64,000 bases of DNA from Chiloscyllium plagiosum (Eukaryota). The first letter of the stretch is position 1. The number at the start of each line of letters is the position of its first letter. Under the pieces are notes generated by a model, which was not told the DNA's origin, ran no database searches, and worked only from the letters and a program-made list of their open reading frames with translations. Position numbers and translations under genes: made by a program. The stretch spans positions 79,427,721 to 79,491,720 of the forward strand of contig NC_057718.1 of NCBI RefSeq assembly GCF_004010195.1, read 5' to 3'. This document shows, piece by piece, positions 1 through 12,949 of this stretch.

Positions 1-475
1 CACCTCCGCTCCCTCACCACCAGACGCCTGGAGGAAGAACGCCTCATCTTCCGCCTCGGAACACTTCAACCCCAGGGCATCAATGTGGACTTCAACAGTT
101 TCCTCATTTCCCCTTCCCCCACCTCACCCTAGTTCTAAACTTCCAGCTCAGCACTGTCCCCATGACTTGAATGGACTTGTCCGACCTGCCAATCTCCTTT
201 ACCCCCTACTCCACCCTCTCCTCCCTGACCTACCTATCACCTTCATCCCCTCCCCCACTCACCCATTGTACTCTATGCTACTTTCTCCCCACCCCTACCC
301 TCCTCTAGCTTATCTCTCCATGCTCCAGGCTCACTGCCTTTATTCCTGATGAAGGGCTTTTGCCCGAAATGTCGATTTCGAAGCTCCTTGGATGCTGCCT
401 GAACTGCTGTGCTCTTCCAGCACCACTAATCCAGAATCTGGTTTCCAGCATCTGCAGTCATTGTTTTTACCTCAT
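1..475 (+). mobile_element. Penelope-like element 3' end (GIY-YIG endonuclease C-terminus plus pLTR), truncated by window edge
   Basis: Translates RRLEEERLIFRLGTLQPQGINVDF; followed by pyrimidine-rich UTR, a hammerhead core and the ...ccagcatctgcagtc terminus shared with other copies in the window. Confidence 0.85.
342..378 (+). ncRNA. Minimal type I hammerhead ribozyme motif in Penelope pLTR
   Basis: CTGATGA(346-352)-A-GGGC-TTTT-GCCC-GAAA-TGTC; catalytic boxes and stem II intact, ACGT palindrome mutated to ATGT. Confidence 0.75.
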
Positions 476-2449
476 GCAAAACCTTACATACTCAGGGCAA
501 CCAAAAGTATTTTACAAGCAACATAAACAATGAATTACTGATAATCACTTCTTTTATTAAACACAGCAAGGTCCCAAAAAGAGCAAATCACAGAATGACC
601 TGATAATCAGTTTCCTGTGGTTAGCATGAGAGAGGAAAGTGCAACAAAATTGAGTCAGTAAAAGGATACATTGGAGACGCCAGAGAAGAAACAAGTAGAT
701 TTAAAAAATTGCAACTTTTTTGTGTCTACTCTTGCTAATCTTTTATCATGGCACCTCATGTTTTTTGGCTTGAAAATGCTTCTCTGAGGGAGGACATTTG
801 AGCTTTTGATTGCAGCCTGACTGTGTTTACTTTATGGGAGTGCCTTTAACTGCACTTTTAAAGCATTAAAAGCAATTTAGGTTTGTCTTCTGCTATATGT
901 GGCTATTGGTCACAATGGAGAGTGCGGACTGACTGTAGGTAGCTACAGTTGAGTTGCTGTCTGGCTCTTGATCATTCCTGTTTTGACACCTATTAAATTG
1001 CAGATTGTTACAGGAAGTGATATATGAATGCACTGCTTATCATTTGCTTTTGCTGTTGCTGAAGTTTGTTACAAATAATTCTGTATTTTCAAGTTCACCA
1101 ATTGTCTGTCCTAGGTTTCAATGTATCTTATTTCTTTCCCTTTTTGAACTGAAGCGTAATTTCAGTGTGATAACTCCTATTCACTACTGATTAAAAAATC
1201 CTTATACTTTGCCTAACTCTCCAACAGTTACTTACATGAAGGTTACAAAAGTCATTCAAAAAACTTAAAATATCACTGGACAAAACAAGAATATCATTGC
1301 AAGTGAAGAGTTTTTAAAAAAATACCAAAGTGTCATAAACTAAGAGGTAAAGGCTGTAACTTTTTAAAAATGTCTACTAATGGCTTTCATACAACTACAT
1401 GTAGGTATTATGCAAGTGACTCATTTGTTATATCTTTCTTTCTCTAACCTCCCTAAAGCATGATTGCGATTAGCATCTGGCAGTTTTCGGAAATTAGCTC
1501 AGTAGTCATAAAGATGAGTCACTACAAGTCTAAATGTAATTTTGTTATGTCAATTTATGGACTGAAAAGGAACTCAATAATAATAACTTTGTGGGCAGAG
1601 GCCTGTTTGCCTGTTGAACTAGTCAGTGTTTATCTACAGATACACACTAAGCCTATGTCAAAATTGAAATGAAGTTTCTGAGCTCAGCCTGCAACTGGAC
1701 ATTTAAATTTGTTTGTCTTAGTTTTTCTGCTTTACCTAAACCACCTTAGAAAATGTAGGTAATACATTTAATATATTGTGGAATTATGAGGAGCAAATGT
1801 GCTCCCCCTGGTGATAGCTATCATTAACCATTCAGCCAAATCTTAAACAGCTTTTGGCCTTGATGCTGGGTGAAATTAGTATGGCCTCAATAGGCGAGCT
1901 CATTGGTGTTCTGCTTGGTGTCACTGTCTGATTTGTACAAAAGGACAGATAGCATGACTGAGGGCTGTTTACCATTTGCTTGGTGTTGGCTTTGTCATCA
2001 AATATTCTTTATGCCTGAATGTCAATTTTGTTGAGTTTTTCTGGAAGGTTTTTGTTTGCCACGAGGTCTTGCAAGATTTCTTGCTGTAATTGCCAGACTC
2101 ATTTCATTATCTACTTACCCCACCTCTGTCATCCAATCCAGCCCAATCTTACACTTGCTGTCCCCAAAGGAACTCATTGGATATCCATCAAAGAACTGCC
2201 ACCCCTGATGCCCACACCATCTTTTGGATGGCCACTACATACCTAGATAAGCATTGGCAGTTCAGCAATGCCCCTCACCAGCAACATAATGGGTTAGCAG
2301 CCTCACAGCGGATAGTTGGCATGGCTGATACTCTGTCAAAGGTACAACCCCATTTTCTCACCCCAGTCTCTGTTTAACCATCAGGTTACATAGTTTGCCT
2401 CTCCTAAACACCCTTTATAGGTCATTGTGACCATTCATTTACTTTACAA

Positions 2450-2680
2450 TCCATGTTGATCTGCTGGAATTGGGTGCCAGTCAGGTTCATTCTGTAGCGA
2501 CTGCTGCAGCTGAGTAGTGTCAATACACAAGAAGAGCTCTGACCTTCTCAGCACCCTCATCTTCCTCATTGGAAGATGGCTCCCATTTCCACAGTTCCTC
2601 AGCATCTCGAGCCGAACACAGCACACCAGGATGATGCAGCACACTGTCTAGGCTATAATTGAGTTCTATAGAGTCCATCG
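2450..2680 (-). pseudogene. PIF/Harbinger transposase C-terminal relic
   Basis: Frameshifted LNYSLDS/CCIILVCCV resembles the Harbinger LQYSPxRVxxIxxxCCxLHN motif and is followed by an acidic tail (SSNEEDEGAE). Confidence 0.5.
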
Positions 2681-2863
2681 TAATACATACATGACAGATG
2701 ATAAAGCGATCGTCTCTGCCTTGTGCAACATCATTGCAAGTTTCACAAATTGTGTGTCACTTTTAGTCAGCATTCCCTCTTTGTAAGTCATTGCAGCTAA
2801 CCTCTCTATCATTAAGATGTCAATGTTTAATTTGCAGACACCAAAGTTATGGAGTTAAAAGGC

Positions 2864-5800
2864 TTTTTTTATTGAAAAAGATTTTTTGATTATTTACAAA
2901 ATTATAAAATTATAACAAAATTAGTATAACCATCTTACAGTATAGCAACAATAACAATAAGCTATTACTCTACTTTACAAAACAAATAAAAAAAAACAAA
3001 AAAAACTACTCATACTACAATTCAATAAATAAACAAAATAAGTTAATTATTTTAGGATGAATTAAATTAAATTATACCACTCAGTGCAACTCCACCAAAG
3101 TTCCCCATCATCAGGAGTATTAGGCATCAGTTGGCATACCTGTATTTATTCAGGATTCTTCTTCTCGGGGTCCCCAGCCCGCCAGACCCAGTCTTCATGG
3201 CTAATACAAAGGCCCTAATCAATATGGCCGACAAGTCTGCATCTATATAGTTCAAAAAGGGCCACCACGTCTTATGAAAAAGTTCAGTTTTCTAGTATAC
3301 CATACTTGTAAGGAGGTCTAAGGGGACATGTTCCATAACTAACCTGCGTCATTCCACTAGACCTGGGGGATTTTCCAAGATCCAGCTCATCAGAGTGTTC
3401 TTCCTTGCACAATATGTAAGGATATTAAACAGTTTGTTTCCATGCTCATCTAAAGATGGCAGATTCAGCAGGCCCAAGAGGAGGGATACCGGATCTACCT
3501 TGATTTCGGTTCCCAAGATCCCCTCCAAAACATTTGCTGTAGCGCCCCAATACCTGCGAAGCTTGTGGCATGACCACAAGCAATGGGTGAGAGTACCAAT
3601 GTCTATTTTGCATTTGGGGCACATTGGGGGCATTCATTTTTTAAATTTCGCAAGCCGCTTTGAGGACAAATAGACCCTGTGGAGAATCTTCAGTTGCAGA
3701 GCCTACATTCTATTACAGGTCAAACTTTTCTCACATTCTCCCAAATGTCCTCCCATACCTCTGACAAGATCTCCACTCCCAATTCTTGAGTACAGATCCC
3801 ACAGAGCCGTCCAACATCCTTCAAGACACCCCCCTCCCAGTAAATGGTAGAGGGTGCTAATCAAGAATATACTTGTAGACCAAAGTACTCTCCTTTCCAC
3901 ATCAGACTTACAGTAATTAACCAATAGTGTAGTCTTTTTCTGTATAAAGTCCCTAATCTGAAAATAATGACAGAGGTCCCTATTGGACAATTCATCTTTA
4001 TGGCTCAGCTGATCGAAAGACATCATGACCTCCCCCTCAAATAAGTCTCACAAACAGGAGACTCCTCCAGACTCCCATAAACTAAAACCAGAATCCATCG
4101 ATTCTAACCGAAATCCTGGCATTCCTACAATGGGAGTAAGAAGGGAAGTTTTATATAAATTACCTTTGCTTTGTCACATCATTCTCCACGCTTTAACCGT
4201 GTTAATGTCAATCAGGTTTCTACAATGCTCCATGATCTTGTCCTCATCTTGTCCATAAACAGTAAATTAATAAGGGCTTATTTACCTGGGAGGCCTCAAC
4301 GTCCAACCATATTGACCACTGATCCTGACAAGCCCAATTAATCATTCACGTATGATAATAGGGAACTTACTTGATATCTCTTGAAATCTGGGAAGCGTTC
4401 CATCTCCNNNNNNNNNNNNNNNNNNNNNNNNNNNNNNNNNNNNNNNNNNNNNNNNNNGCCACCACCTTCCCCCACCCCCTCACTCCATCCACTGTGGAAG
4501 CTGCAGTTTAGCAAGCTTAATAAGAGGTCACCTGTGGCACCAGATGAAAGAACCAAGTCAACTGTTAAGTCTCCACAACCCTTGCCTAGGTAACATCAGA
4601 GGGAGCATTCGCATGGGATACAATAAACGAGGAAGAACATTCATTTTAACCAGAGCTATTCTACCCAACCAAGATATCGGTAGAACCTCCCAACACTGAA
4701 GGTTCTGTCTTATCTTCTCAAGCAAATGCACAAAATTAGCTTTATATTGATCAAAGGCAGGAGTAATAAAAATACCTAAATATAGAAAACCTCCCTGTGA
4801 CCACCTGAAAGGCAAACGGATTCCACCTTTAAGGTTCAGTACTCCCTCAAGACCCCCACTGGCATGGCTTCTGATTTTGTACTTTGAGAAAGAGACAAAT
4901 AAATTAATATTTCGTATTAAACGGGGCATAGATATTGTCAGGTTAGATAGAAAAAGAAGAACATCATCTGCGTAAAGGGTGATTTTATGCCCCTCATCCC
5001 CCGATTCCACCTCCGGGACAACTCTATTGGGGTCCCTCTAGATAGCCTCCACCAACTGCTCAATCACTAATGTGAACAGCAACGGTGAAAGGGGGCACCC
5101 TTGTCGGCTGCCTCTACCAATGCTAAAATTGTCAGACCTTATGTTATTAGTAAGGACCGTTTCCATAGGATCACTATATAACACTGCCACCCATCTGGTA
5201 AAGACCCTCCCCCAAGACCAAACTGTTCCAGGACATTAAAAAAGTACAGCCATTCCACCTACTTTCTCCGCATCCAGGGAGCCCACCAAGCCCGGAATCG
5301 ATCTCGGTTGGCACAGCTGGACCATGTTCAGCATTCTACTAATGTTGTTAAAGGATCCACGACCCCCAATAAAACCTGTCTGGTCCTCCTTTATGATAGA
5401 GGGCAATACCATCTCCAATCTCAGAGCTTGCGTTTTGGACAGAATATTAAAATCCACATTTAGCAGCATGATGGGCCTGTAAGAAGCACAGCCCTCTGAG
5501 GTTTTCCCTCTCTTGATAATAAGGGAGATTTTAGCTTCTCTCAGAGAGAACGGGAGGCAGTCCTGACTGTATGAATAACTATACATGTCCAATATTGGCC
5601 CGGCCAATATATTTATAAACTCCTTATAAAGCTCACTCGGAAATCCATCTGGGCCGGGTGCTTTACTATTCTGGAGCTGCCTTGCCATCTCCTGTATCTC
5701 TTGGATTGTCAGAGGGGCGTTCGACAGGGACGCCTGCTCCGAAGTTACACCTGGAAGGTCCAGGTTCTTAAAAAAGGAGTCCATCTTCACCCTGTCCTCA

Positions 5801-8714
5801 CAGACCTCTCATCGATACAACTCAGCATAAAATTTCCTAAACGCCGCCTTAATCTTTTTGAATCACAAGTGAGATTCATACCCTCTCTAATGGATGTGAT
5901 AGATTGGGTGGCACACTCTTCTTCCTGGCCAGGCATCTACCCAGCTTATCACCGTACTCGAAAAGCCTTTGGTTTTGTGAAGGAAATTTCTCTCTTTGTT
6001 GTCTGGGTGAGCGTGGAGTTCAGAGCAGCCCGGTGAGCTGTACTCTGCTGTAGCTTGCAAAGTATGCTGTCTCGGCTGCAGGCATACACCTCTGCTCTCC
6101 CCTCTGCCGCTTCCAGGTCGCTGAGTAAGAAATAATTATACCTCTTGCATAGGTCTTGGCAGTCTCCCAGAGCATCAATGAGTTACTGGCCGTACGCGAA
6201 TTAATCCCCCAGAAAATTTTTAACTCCCATGAAAAGTACTCAATAAACTTGCTGTTCTTCAGGCAAAGAGGATCCATGCACCAATGCCACAAGCCTGTCC
6301 CAATACCTCTGCCCTTAACCTCCAAATAACTGCCGCATGGTCAGAAATGGCTGTGTTCTCAATTCTATAGGACAGTACTGAATCCAAAAAGGCCAGTGGA
6401 TTAAAAACATATCAATCCTTGCGTGGCACTTGTGTGGGTTAGGGAAAAAGGTGAAGTCCGTACCCTCAGGGTGAAGGCATCTCCACACATCCACCAGCCC
6501 CAACTCCCCACACAAGTCCACCAGTTGTTTGAATTGCGGAGATGTGCCTGGGAGACCCCTGGGTATCCTGTCCACCTTGAGGTCCACAAGACGATTGAAG
6601 TCTCCCCTATAATTGTGTGGTGCATTCCAAGGGCCATCAACCTGGAAAGTGCATCCATTAAAAACTTAAGGGGTTGTGCTGGGAGGCAATAAACATTCAA
6701 AATCCCTTATTCCTCCCCATGTATTAGAGCTTCGGTTTAATAGCTGAAATGGGAGATTCTTCTGAATTAGTATAGTTATTCCCCTGCTTTTAGAATTAAA
6801 AGGCGAGAAGCACACCCGGCCGAACCCTCCCTTTTGTGACTTTAAATGCTCCTTAACGTCTTGATCTGTTTCTTGCAACAGAGCGACATCAATCTTCTCT
6901 TTTCTAAGATTTGAAAGTATTTTCTTTCTCTTAATCAGTGGGTGACTCCCCTTAATATTCCAGGTACACCATTTAAACGAGCAACTAGCCATAGCCACCT
7001 GAAACAGCCCCACGCACCCCGAGAGGAAGAACCCTACTCATGACATGACAAGTGTAAACAATAAAAGATTCATAAAATCTAGAAAATACAATGACAAAAA
7101 CTACCAAAGCAGAACTTCTAAAAACTACTCTGACAGTAAACCAATACAAAAAAACAGATAATAGGAGACTTTCCCCCTTGCCCACAGGGGGCAGTCACAC
7201 AATCCACGAATACCTCCATGGCTCTTTCTAGCTGAAGCCATGCCCCAAATCCAGGCAAAACAAAAGTAAAGAATACATGTATCTTATAAACAAGGAAATT
7301 AAAGGTGGGCATTGAACCCATCCCATCCATATATCGACCCCAGTTATTACTGACTTAAAAAAAGCCTCACCCCAAACCAAAGAAAAAGGAATAAGGTAAT
7401 AATAAAAAATGGAAGGGAAAAAAGAAAAAAAACCCATTTATTAAAGCAGCAAAACCAGGTAAACAAAGTAAACAACAGAGAAAACAAAGGAAACACTGTT
7501 GTCCATATTATTGAATCAGCCAGTCTATTTTAAAGTCTCCAGGTAGTCCTTTGCCTATTGTGATGAGTCAAAAATATGCACGGACATTCCATGGCTGAAA
7601 CACAACACTATTGGGTATCTGAGTTGAAAAATGTGGTGCTGGAAAAACACAGCAGGCTAAGCAGCATCCGAGGAGCAGGAGAATTGACATCCTCGGATGC
7701 TGCCTGGCCTGCTGTGTTTTTCCAGCACCACATTTTTCAACTCTGGTCTCCAGCATCTGCAGTCCTCACTTTCTCCCATTATTGGATACCTTAGAGAGTA
7801 CTGAATATTCAAGTCTCTCAGCCTTTTCTTTACTTCAAAGGTCTTCCTCTTGTGGATCACACCCTCAGAAAAGTCCTGAAAGAACATAATTTTCGATCCC
7901 TTGCAGATCAGGGCTTGTGATTCCTTCCCTATTGTTCTGGAAGCTTCCAATACCATTTGCTTGTCTCTGTAATACTGAAATCCAACTAGAACCGGGTGGG
8001 GGCGCTGGTCCGATCTGGGCCTGCGCAACGCGACCCGGTGAGCCTGCTCAATTCGCACCCGGCCCACCTCTGCTTCCAGTCCCAAGAACTGCCGAAGACA
8101 TTGCTCAAAGAAGGTGACTGGTTGATCCCCTTCCTCTCATTCCAGCCGCCCAATAACACAGATATTTTTCCTCTGACCTTGATTTTTGAGATCGTTGACC
8201 TGTTGTACTAAGGCCTGCACCTATTTTTCCAGGGCTTAGATCTGACCCACCGAGGATTCTCCGATGCCACGGTCCACTGCTCGACCTCCTCCATGAGCTG
8301 CCCGAGATGCTGGATCACCTGCTCATGCTTTTACAGCACAGTCGAGATCAGTTCCAGCCTAGTCTGGGTCTCCTCCATCACTGATTCGATCTTCTCTTGG
8401 AGTTTAACAAACTCCGAAACCAGGCTCTGCTGTGCAGGTAAGTTCAAAGGAGCTTCAGCAGAGGTCAGCACTGCAGCCGTGGGCGTATCCGTTATTGCAG
8501 GAGGATGCCCTGCTTGTTGCAATCCACGCTGCTCCTTTCCTTTGGTCATCTTCCCTGATTGCTAAAAATAATGTACAAAGATTCAGGGGACTTAAAACTG
8601 CCAATTTTTACAAAAATGGCTAGTAAAGGGAGGGTAAAAACACCACTTTGCCTGGGTTGTGGTGCAGAGCTCAGCAAGGCAGACCCATCAGAACGCCACC
8701 ATCTTGAATCCCCC
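2864..8714 (-). mobile_element. Full-length decayed L1-clade LINE
   Basis: 5' end GGGGGATTCAAGATGG (typical L1 start). ORF1 from 8549 with DLKNQGQRKNICVIG, IEQAHR and FFQDFS motifs. T-rich inter-ORF. ORF2 from about 6993 with endonuclease (WNIKG, LLQET), RT (KAPGPDG, YRPI, SLDAEK, YADD) and C-terminal CxxC..HxxxxC (CPKC..THCLWSC). AATAAA plus poly(A) at about 2864-2874. Multiple frameshifts and stops; N-gap at 4408-4457. Confidence 0.95.
7621..7776. mobile_element. Short palindromic Penelope pLTR-derived insertion inside L1 ORF1
   Basis: Inverted repeat (gagttgaaaaatgtggtgctggaaaaacacagc...gctgtgtttttccagcaccacatttttcaactc) flanked by cactattgggtatct (7606-7620) and cattattggatacct (7777-7791). 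Confidence 0.85.
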
Positions 8715-9861
8715 AACTTAAAGGTCTTTGATCAGCAGTTGAACTCTAAGCAGATTCACTTTGCATGCATTGAACAATTTAAATAGTTGTAAATTAGATA
8801 TAGGTGTCATTTGCAAGCAGATGCTTCATGTATTGTCTTTTCAATGACCTAGCATCCAACATACCTGGATTCTGCATTTTCATAACATCAAACTAACACA
8901 TACTCTGCCCATATGGGTGTTGTCCATGTAATTTTCCAAATGCAGATAGCATCTAGTGAACGGCAAGTGATAGCAGTAAATGCAGCTTGCACTGGAGGCT
9001 CTTAGCACTGCACCTGCTTACCAGTGATTCCATGTCCCCTTTGTCTCCACATTGAACATTGTGTCTGGTATCTCTGGCCTTCAGTCCCAATATTACACCT
9101 TAATGATGCCCAGTGTGGACCTCTACACCTCTTCATGAAGGCCATGGTGCCGAGCGCTGCCAATAACCACTCTCTACTCACTCCCTTGGTCTGCCATGCC
9201 CTCTGATGCAGTTCTGCATACTCCCTTTATACCTCAAGGACCCTGCTCCATCACAATCCTCTTCTCCAATGCAACACATACCTCTGAGTTCCATCAACCA
9301 TCCTCAACCATCAATGCACAGAGCCCCAAGACTGTGTTTGTGTTAGACCTCTGACTCACTTCAGTGAGCAGCACAGAGACATAACTGGTCAGATTCAAGA
9401 CTGTTGTTCTGCAGCTCCCTGCCTGGTGGTACATGATTCCTCTTGTGAAGGTCCTACGGGACTGACCATTGCCCACTCCCCGAATATTAGTTGGATGTAT
9501 CCCCTGACCATGACCAGCCTAAGCATGGCCAAACCCTGGAATGTGTGCGGATTGTGCCCATGACTGACAGCACTACCATCCCTGACTGATAGTGGCCCCT
9601 CCTTGACTAGACTGAAGAATATCCTGCACCCACTTTGTGACATTTCAGTCTGGTTGAATAATTACTAACTGTACATACGATTCCACAGAGATAGTAGATA
9701 GTACAATTGCATGAGTGTATAAGATGCTAAATGGGATTGACAAAGTAAGCTTAGAGAGGATATTATACACTTGTTGGGCAATCTAGAGTGACAGGTCAAA
9801 GTTTTAAGATGAAGGGTAGCAGAAGTCAAAGTCTTAGGGTTTAAAGCACAAATGAGGAGAA

Positions 9862-10255
9862 AGTCATAGAGTCATAGAGATGTACAGCATGGAAACAGAC
9901 CCTTTGGTCCAACCCATCAATGCCGACCAGATATCCCAATCCAATCTAGTCTCACCTGCCAGCACCCAGCCCATATCCCTCCAAACTCTTCCTATTCATA
10001 TACCCATCCAAATGCCTCTTAAATGTTGCAATTGTACTAGCGTCCACCACATCCTCTGGCAGCTCATTCCATACACGTACCACTCTCTGCGTGAAAACAT
10101 TGCCCCTTAGGTCTCTTTTTTATATTTTTCCCCTCTCACCCTAAACCTATGCCCTCTAGTTCTGGACTCCCCAATGGCCTAACCAATGTCCTGTACAGCC
10201 GCAACATGACCCCCTAACTCCTGTACTCAATACTCTGAACAATAAAGGAAAGCCT
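9862..10255 (-). mobile_element. CR1 (HER1-like) LINE 3' fragment
   Basis: (agtcatag)n tail complement, the 3' UTR shared with other CR1 copies in the window, and internally deleted ORF2 end. Confidence 0.85.
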
Positions 10256-10309
10256 GAGTTGAATTACCTAGTCCTGCTTTTAGTTCTTATGGTCATATGA
10301 GTTATAACC

Positions 10310-11045
10310 TTGCAAAATTTGCTTTATTCTGGAAAGGTCCCTGTGGATTGGAAAATCACAAATGTATTGCTAATATTCAACAAGGAGGAAGATAGAAAAT
10401 AGGAAATGATAGGCCCGTTAACCTAACCTCTGTCATAAGGTACATGCTAGAATCCATTATTAAGGCAGTAAAAGCAGGACATTCAGATAATTGTACTACA
10501 ATTACACAGAGCTGAAAATGCGTTGCTGGAAAAGCGCAGCAGGTCAGGCAGCATCCAAGGAACAGGAGGATCGCTGGAGATCAGAGCTGAAAATATGTTG
10601 CTGGAAAAGCGCAGCAGGTCAGGCAGCATCCAAGGAACAGGAGAATCGCTGGAGATCAGAGCTGAAAATGTGTTGCTGGAAAAGCGCAGCAGGTCAGGCA
10701 GCACTGGAGATCAGAGCTGAAAATATGTTGCTGGAAAAGCGCAGTAGCTGGAGATCAGAGCTGATTCTCCTGTTCCTTGGATGCTGCCTGACCTGATTTG
10801 CTTTTCCAGCAACACATTTTCAGCTCTGATCTCCAGTATCTGCAGTCCTCACTTTCTCCTCCTACAATTACACAGAGTCAACATGGTTTTGTGAAATGAA
10901 AATTTATGTTTGACTAATTTATTTAAATTCTTTGAGGAAGTAACACGCAAGATTGATAAAGGGGAACTTGTAGATATGTCTTAGCATTTGTAGAAGGCAT
11001 TTGATTAAGGTGGTACACAACATAAGAGCTCATGTGATAATATGT
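10310..11045 (+). mobile_element. Old CR1 RT fragment, interrupted by a Penelope-derived insertion
   Basis: Degenerate DW..N..GNDRPVNLTS and QHGFVK..CLTNL..FFEEV..AFD motifs on either side of 10509-10861. Confidence 0.7.
10509..10861. mobile_element. Penelope pLTR-derived insertion with head-to-tail tandem copies plus one inverted copy
   Basis: Four units starting agagctgaaaat.tgttgctggaaaagcgcag (the last two truncated), followed by the reverse-complement unit. TSD ctacaattacacagag at 10496-10511 and 10862-10877. Confidence 0.88.
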
Positions 11046-11057
11046 TAGTGTGGTATC

Positions 11058-11965
11058 ATGACAGGACAGAATACCAAATTATTCATGGCCATTTTGAATT
11101 TTTGGGCAAGAAGCGTTTAAAGTTGCAAGTCAAGCCTGACTGGTGACATAACTCCTACAAATGGAATTTACTGGCTACAGAAAGATTCCCTATCTGAAAC
11201 TCTGGAATTCTGTATGCTTTAGGTTGTCAAGGAAGCTTCAAGCAGATACTTTAACAAGGCAGCATTGCAAGGCAATCTAATCACCTTCTCTCAACAGGAA
11301 AACATCTCCTGTGAATTATATTTAACATTGTGGACAGCAGTCAAAAGAAATGTTTGTGTTTTACTCCTCCAGGAATATAGAAAAAAAAGATTAAAACCAA
11401 CTGCAAATCTGGCGTGTTATTGGGCTCGTGTGCTGTGAAGGTCACAGCTTGAGGACAATCATTACATATCCCTGTGCTTCAGGCAAAAAGGATACTATCT
11501 CACTCTGTGTGCTGGAGGCTAGTTAGCAAGGGAAGAAAATAGGACAAAATAATTTCAGCGAATCTGCAAAGCCAAGTATCTAAAAATGGATTGCTCAAGT
11601 ACAGATGTCAATGATATCAGTGTCATCCAACATAACAGCTGCAACATTCCATTAGCTGTCATAATGAACAACTTAAAGGATATATGGATCAGGCTCTAAT
11701 TGTTTTTGGACTTTATTCTCATTTTCAGTTTGCATGTATGTGCGCTGTGTTATGACTTCTTTTCATGTTTAGTAACTAATAAACTTACTCTTTCTTTGAG
11801 ACAAGAAAGCCTGGTTAAATTGGCTTCATTTTGAAACATAAATTCATTTGGTCTGAGAGACAGATTCACAAGGGAAAGGGGAAAGGATGCTTTAGTTAAC
11901 ATTGTTGTGATCAACTAAGGGTGTATGTGAATAAAGAAGGGGAATCAGTTGGACTTACCTTGATT
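11058..11965 (+). mobile_element. Probable solo LTR
   Basis: About 900 bp non-coding block with LTR-like organisation (AATAAA followed by T-rich U5-like region). Termini and TSD not resolved. Confidence 0.35.
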
Positions 11966-11999
11966 TAGGTATCTGGAAATAAGCCTCTTTCCTCATATA

Positions 12000-12137
12000 G
12001 GAGAAAGTGAGGACTGCAGATGCTGGAGATCAGAGCTAGAATTCCTGAAGAAAGGCTTATGCCCGAAACGTCGATTCTCCTTCTCCTTTGATGCTGTCTG
12101 ACCTGCTGCGCTTTTCCAGCAATACATTTTTAAGCTC
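12000..12137. mobile_element. Short Penelope pLTR-derived insertion carrying a hammerhead
   Basis: Inverted terminal piece plus forward pLTR piece. TSD ctctttcctcatata (11985-11999) / ctcttttctcatata (12135-12149). Confidence 0.85.
12039..12077 (+). ncRNA. Minimal type I hammerhead ribozyme motif
   Basis: GAATTC-CTGAAGA-A-AGGC-TTAT-GCCC-GAAA-CGTC-GATTC. Stem I gaat(t)c/gattc, palindromic ACGT in place of stem III, GUC cleavage triplet. Confidence 0.8.
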
Positions 12138-12949
12138 TTTTCTCATATACTCAAATTATACTTCTCCCCTTAGTGATGGTGGCCTTTTACTGTTTTCATT
12201 ATTTTTAAAAAACTGCTTGTTTACCCCATTACTAGCTGTAAAACGCTTTTTCTGAGACCAACAGCATTTTGATGGTTTCTCTAGAGGATGTATTTTTCAA
12301 AGATGTTTCCCCTCACAGCGGCTGTTCAGTTCTATTTTAACTCTTCTTGCTACTGGCTGATCTTAAAGCTAATCATTTTCTGAAATAAGTTTCTTTTATT
12401 GAAATTTTATCTTTTTCAGACAACCTCAAGTTTGTTTCTTGGTCTCTCATGCTGCTATGATTTTCTGGGCAGTGAATTCCACCACTACCCCCATCATTTA
12501 TCATGTGGTTTGATGCCACAGCATTTTATGCTCTTTAGACTGGTTGAGGAAAAGGTAACACTAAGGACTATAGTCAGGCTTAAACTTCAAAGTAACACTA
12601 TTTATGATACATACTAAATGCTGTGATGCATCTAACCATAAATACACCAGCCTCAGCTTACAATTACATTGGGTAATGATTAATTTATCTTTGTGCATTC
12701 ACGTCCATGTGTTATGTCTTCCAGGAGGTTTCGCTGTAGTGTACCTTCCAAAGTGTTCCTTCTAGCCTCTTCTAACTCCCCCACATTGTGGTATTTAAGA
12801 ACATATGTCATAATCATGATATAATCGTAAGGTTGCTCCAGGGTCCTGAAGCCTTTAAACAATAAGAACCAAAGTTTCACTTCAGGCTTCATTACAGTTA
12901 TATACAAATGTCTGCATAGCAATGTTATTGAAGATTGTACATTCAACTC

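Noticed and set aside
10509..10861. CRISPR-like appearance of regularly spaced repeats
   Set aside because: Units are contiguous copies without unique spacers, belong to a Penelope pLTR, and the DNA is eukaryotic with no cas genes.
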